From Phoronis australis (taxonomy: Eukaryota; Animalia; Phoronida), in NCBI GenBank assembly GCA_002633005.1, contig NMRA01000003.1, positions 1,978,727-2,042,726 of the forward strand: DNA of 64,000 nt, in the 5' to 3' direction. Positions 59,701 to 64,000 of this stretch are shown here, in pieces (the stretch's first letter is position 1; every line of letters starts with the position of its first letter). The notes beneath the pieces were generated by a model that was not told the origin of the DNA, made no database searches, and was given only the letters and a program-made list of their open reading frames with translations. The position numbers were made by a program, and so were the translations under genes.

Positions 59701-62700
59701 CTAGGAATGAACATAATGTGTGCTCCTCGACTGCCTCCGTCGTTCCACTGACGTCACGGGTTCATTCTTTGGCTTGTGTAAGTGCATCTGACAGATCGTC
59801 TGAACGGTCAAATCCCAGTTCTTGGGCAGTAAATTCAACATGAACCCGATGACAGTTAGTATGGCTGAAGCTATTTCGGCCCCGCTGAAGGTGAAGGTCT
59901 TCCAGATTATGTCAGAAACTAAAAAAGTGAGAATATTGTTGTGACATGGGGTAGGGGAGCGGGGAGGTGGCATAAAATCAGTGTCCTTTTATTCACACTG
60001 GCGGCGGTGATATAGTTTGGTCTCCAGCATTGTCTTTGAACCCCAATTTTGTGAAGTTAAGTAACACCCATTCGCAACGACAGAACTCATTATTTTAGCA
60101 AAATTCCGTCGTTTCAACTAAAGATCTCGAAATATAATTTACTTAATCAGTGAATTGAGGTACAGATTCATGAGAGTAAAATATCGATTGAAAGTTGTTC
60201 GAAAATATAAACGTTATGTAAATATTGTATCGTGTTCTTGTGTCGTTCGATGTTTCATTATGTCAAGGTGCAGTGCTACCCCAGGACTGCCAGGTTGGTA
60301 TTTCGAAATCTTGAAAGGGCGTCATGCGAAAATAACGAATCAAACCGTCATGGAGTAGAATTTGCTAACCTTCGTCACCTGATAAATTATCACAATCTAA
60401 CACCATGATGTATCGAAATTATTTATGTAATTTCAATGTTGTTCATCTAATTAAATCCACGTGCATTGTCAACTTTTAAAAACAATTGTTTTAGTTCAGG
60501 TTTTGAGTGTTACCCTCTGTTCTTGTTTTTTATACGGTGAGGTTGCGTTCCTATGACACGATATTGAAAAAACACGAACCTAAAAGGAGTTCATTGATTG
60601 TTTTCACAGGAAGATTCGTCGTCCCAAACTTCATTGATTTATTCTCCAGTTTAAAGTTTGTGATCTGGGTACGAGTGATTAGCGCTGCACATGACCCAAG
60701 ACTTACCTGCGCATAATGGTATACTAAAAATCAGTCCCAGAGATATGAACACTTGGTGTGCCCGTAGAACTCCAAAGATGGAAACCAAATGGAATACTGC
60801 AAATAAAATGTTCCATCTGAGCTAAATGGTTAGACATCTCAGTAAATGCTAGCCGCACAGGACGCGGCGTCTGCCTCGGTCGCCCATACTTATGCATGGC
60901 AGTGACGATGTCACGGAAAAAGTTTCCCAGGTAAATATGTTTCCGGGGAACGTATATTTTAGCTTATTGCTAACTACATAAAAAATAAATCACTGCAATA
61001 AATAATTCTGGCAAATATAGACTTACTCGAAAAAAAAACTCTCCCCATATCCTCGAATTAAGAGAAAAGTCATGCGAAGAATGGTGACAACTTATTACAG
61101 ATTACCTTAGACCATAGTAACATGACAACCGATAATTATCACCTGGAGCTGGTGATAACTTTGAGTGAAAACCAGAAAGCCCAACAATTTTAAACTAAAC
61201 TGTTAATAAACTTTGTTCTTTTTTGATGTCGGTTGTCACTTCGTGACTTTCAACACTAGTAGTCTATGGACAGCCATACGCGTGATGAGTTAACAAGATT
61301 GGAATTCCGTTTAGCGAGCAAAACCCGAATTCGGTGCCTAGAATTTTTCGATATAGCGGCAAACATTATGAAGTAAGCCTTGGTGGTCAGCGTTTTGTAG
61401 TTGTTAAGTTGTTATGAATTATTTGCGGCAATCATGCCGTGAAATAGTTACTGCTGCGCAGTGAGAGCCGCAATGATTCACATAACGCAAGAACTTCTGT
61501 CACACGGCAAGTCATGTGATTTTAAATTGGAGAATGATTGGCCGTATGACTGAAGCTTGTGCATGCGCAGATAGCGTTTACATCCGATGGAGATTTTAAG
61601 CTGCGAAAATACCCGAGATGTTCCGGATGGGCTTTGGTCGCGGATGGCAAATATTATTCAGGATGGAAGTTGGTCAAAATAGTGACATTATCGTCGTGGT
61701 TATTAACAAGCTGTGATAAAAATGCACAAGCCAAATTAATTAAATTTGTTTATTATGCTCCTGCCCTAAGAGAGAAAACTGTTGGTTCCTCTAATCAGTA
61801 AACTACTAAGTTTTGTTTTCCTACCTTAGTTGATGGGTACACAACTGGTTACGTTCACTTTTTGTGTATTTCTTGCGACTTTAATGTATTTTTGCATATT
61901 TGTTGCACTATAGGCCAGTGGCCTCGAAGTATATGTAATTAAGAAACTAAGATATTATTGTGGCGAGACAAAAGTGGATTTTTCTGAGGTCGGGTCCAGC
62001 GCGGATTCGACTAACCTGGAACCTTCGCACTTTCAGTCAAACGATTTTCTGACGAAGCTAAATCCTACTATGTTTAGTTGCCTAAAACGAAATTGAAGTT
62101 GGCCTTTTACTCACCGTGACGTAAGTCAGCTAGGGGTCTCATTATGTTCTCTACCATGACAGGAATCTATTTCCGTTAGGGTTATACTCAAGTCATAGGC
62201 AATGCTTTTATAAATCAGTGCTGTATTGGTAAAATTAGAGGTAAGTAGGCTCCCAAAGCTCACCGTATCACCTTGAGCACTGAACTTAACTTACGGTGCG
62301 TAGGCGCTACGTTCAAATCCCAAAAGGTGGTTGGCTGCGCCTACGTGCGCCTACGCCCCACTACAGCACTGTCGTATATTGCGCCATTTTTGAATCCGGA
62401 ATTTTAGGGTTGGCCAACCCCAATAAAATCTGGAGTGTTCCTTTAAGTCGCTGATGATTTCAACGTTCTTGTTGATAAAAGAAACGAATTCCTCGGAACA
62501 TTAAGATAGCGATTTGATTGGAGTAAAATGCTTACAATTTTCGTACTACAACTTCTCTCCCACCTAGATAGGCGCACGACGCACCAACCACAAACTTCCT
62601 CACCTAGATAGGTGCACGACACATCAACCACAAACTTACTCACCTAGATAGGCGCACGACGCACCAACCACAAACTCCCAGCGTACCGCCGTGCAGTTTT

Positions 62701-63564
62701 CTGCACCCGTGACACACAATGCAGCTAGAATGGGCGACATCAGCAGGGCCGCGTAAAATCCTGAACAAGAAAGAGAAGACGCAATGAAGACCTCGTAGAA
62801 GCAATATGAAAATGGCTACTGTGCTATCGTAGCGAAAGACTTGTTCTAAGCGGCAATATACCCGCGTTTCGTCGAAGAAACTAAATTTTGATTTAAATCA
62901 CTTACCTCAGTAAAATTGGTCTCAGCTTGTTCCAATGACTAAGATGAGAAGTGTTTTTTTGGTCTCGCAAAGACTGGATAGTCCATTATTATTCAAGAAC
63001 CATGCTCGGCGAATGACATGCCCTGACGAGTCTCGAGCAATAACAAAACTTCCAAGCCCAGAAGTCATAAGCATTACTCACTAAGAAACAATTTGAGATC
63101 ATATACAAATTTCATAAACGTAAGTGGTCTTAACCACAATTCGTTTTTGTGACCGAAGACAAGTTTATGATCGCTTTAAATCACAAGTACCAGAAAAAAA
63201 TAGTAAAAAACCAAGACGTTTCGTGAACCCTGAGAACATAGGCCTATTTGTGGCCTGGAAACTTGAAAATAATAATTCTTAACTGCAATAAAAACTCAAA
63301 TTCTACCGTTTTTCGGTTTACAAATTGCTGCTTTGAGTACGAAGTCCAGCCGTTTCGGTGAATCACCTTACCTGTAATGGACAAAAACATTGCGTATTGA
63401 CCGGTGGTCACCCGACCAAATACTCGGACAAAGAGGACTTTAAAACCAGCCATGCCTGACGCTGCTACAGGCACTAGTATTGACCCCCACATAGAGTTAG
63501 TGCCGAAACCGTCTTTATATATCATGAGGATACTCCCGGTCGTTCCAAATATGATGGCTACCAC
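59701..63564 (-). CDS. SLC35F3/F4-like DMT/EamA-fold transporter, last four coding exons (5' part lies beyond the window)
   Basis: Exons 63564-63372 (VVAIIFGTTGSILMIYKDGF..AGFKVLF), 62760-62644, 60796-60707 (VFISLGLIFSIPLCA), 59918-59701 (SDIIW..IGFMLNLLPKNWD..*). Phases are consistent; motifs FISLGxxxSxP and GFxLxLLPxxWD match SLC35F3/F4. Confidence 0.85.
61993..62068 (-). mobile_element. Degenerate tRNA-derived SINE head or tRNA pseudogene
   Basis: The minus strand reads GGATTTAGCTTCGTCAGAAAATCGTTTGACTGAAAGTGCGAAGGTTCCAGGTTAGTCGAATCCGCGCTGGACCC: decayed A-box and B-box and an anticodon-arm-like GACTGAA. It does not form a clean cloverleaf. Confidence 0.45.
62216..62371. mobile_element. Short MITE-like element
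   Basis: Inverted termini CAGTGCTGTA(T/G)TGG ... CCACTACAGCACTG. Confidence 0.6.
62561..62676. repeat. 40-bp x3 tandem repeat made of the SLC35F-like exon 3' end plus its splice donor
   Basis: CACCTAGATAGG(C/T)GCACGAC(G/A)CA(C/T)CAACCACAAACT at 62561, 62601 and 62641; the copy at 62641 is the real exon end and donor. Confidence 0.92.
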
Positions 63565-64000
63565 CTGAAGAAATAGAAAGCCATTGAATTATTAGTTTTG
63601 CTCATGACTTCAAGATGAATGTAGAAAGTTCATGAAAGTGATGAACTCGAGAGTGTTCGCCTATTTTCCAAAAGTGACTAACAATGAAATACATACGTCA
63701 TACTAAGCCCAAAGAATGAACCGACAATATTAAAAGTATCGGAAAGTTTGTGGGTGGTTTAGTTTTGGCAGGTAGCCTATCTTGTCCGTGGCACACAGGC
63801 GTATTTGCATTTGGCCTAACCGGAAGTTATGTCATTGCCGAGTTTGGCGTTAAAAACCTCCGCGCGGAATCATTTTTCTCATTCATCCAGTTAGTTAAAA
63901 TCAATGTTACGTGGATTAATTTTAACTGCTTTCATTAAATTATTAATGTAGCAGACAACTATGCATTTGAATTGATTTCAGACTTGCAAAGTCGTTTCAG

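Noticed and set aside
61993-62068. Functional tRNA gene
   Set aside because: D-arm and T-arm are disrupted and the acceptor stem is imperfect; treated as a SINE or pseudogene.

Overview
Eukaryotic, intron-rich animal genomic DNA with roughly 38% GC, probably a marine invertebrate (the species cannot be determined from sequence). Most entries in the ORF track are exon fragments or noise. By manual splicing I recover four protein-coding genes: (1) a divergent ADAMTS-type secreted zinc metalloprotease on the minus strand (signal-peptide exon at 15633-15729, ~9 kb first intron, intact HELGHSLGMDHD motif, through the first TSP1 repeat at 686); (2) PIGQ/GPI1 (minus, 8 coding exons, ~562 aa); (3) TBCD, tubulin-folding cofactor D (plus, 33 coding exons, ~1211 aa, head-to-head with PIGQ); (4) the last four exons of an SLC35F3/F4-like transporter (minus, continues off the right edge). 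Between the ADAMTS gene and PIGQ is a nested set of decayed transposons: a DIRS element, interrupted by a Gypsy element, interrupted by an intron-containing hAT transposase fragment. There are also LINE fragments, several MITEs, a tRNA-derived SINE head, minisatellites and an 803-nt assembly gap. I see no evidence for a wholly new multi-gene system. The most notable signals are tandem repeats seeded on splice junctions or coding ends in three genes, a candidate 9-nt microexon, pairwise disulfide loss and possible truncation in the ADAMTS, a GC-AG intron in TBCD, and a young MITE with a 6-bp target-site duplication.
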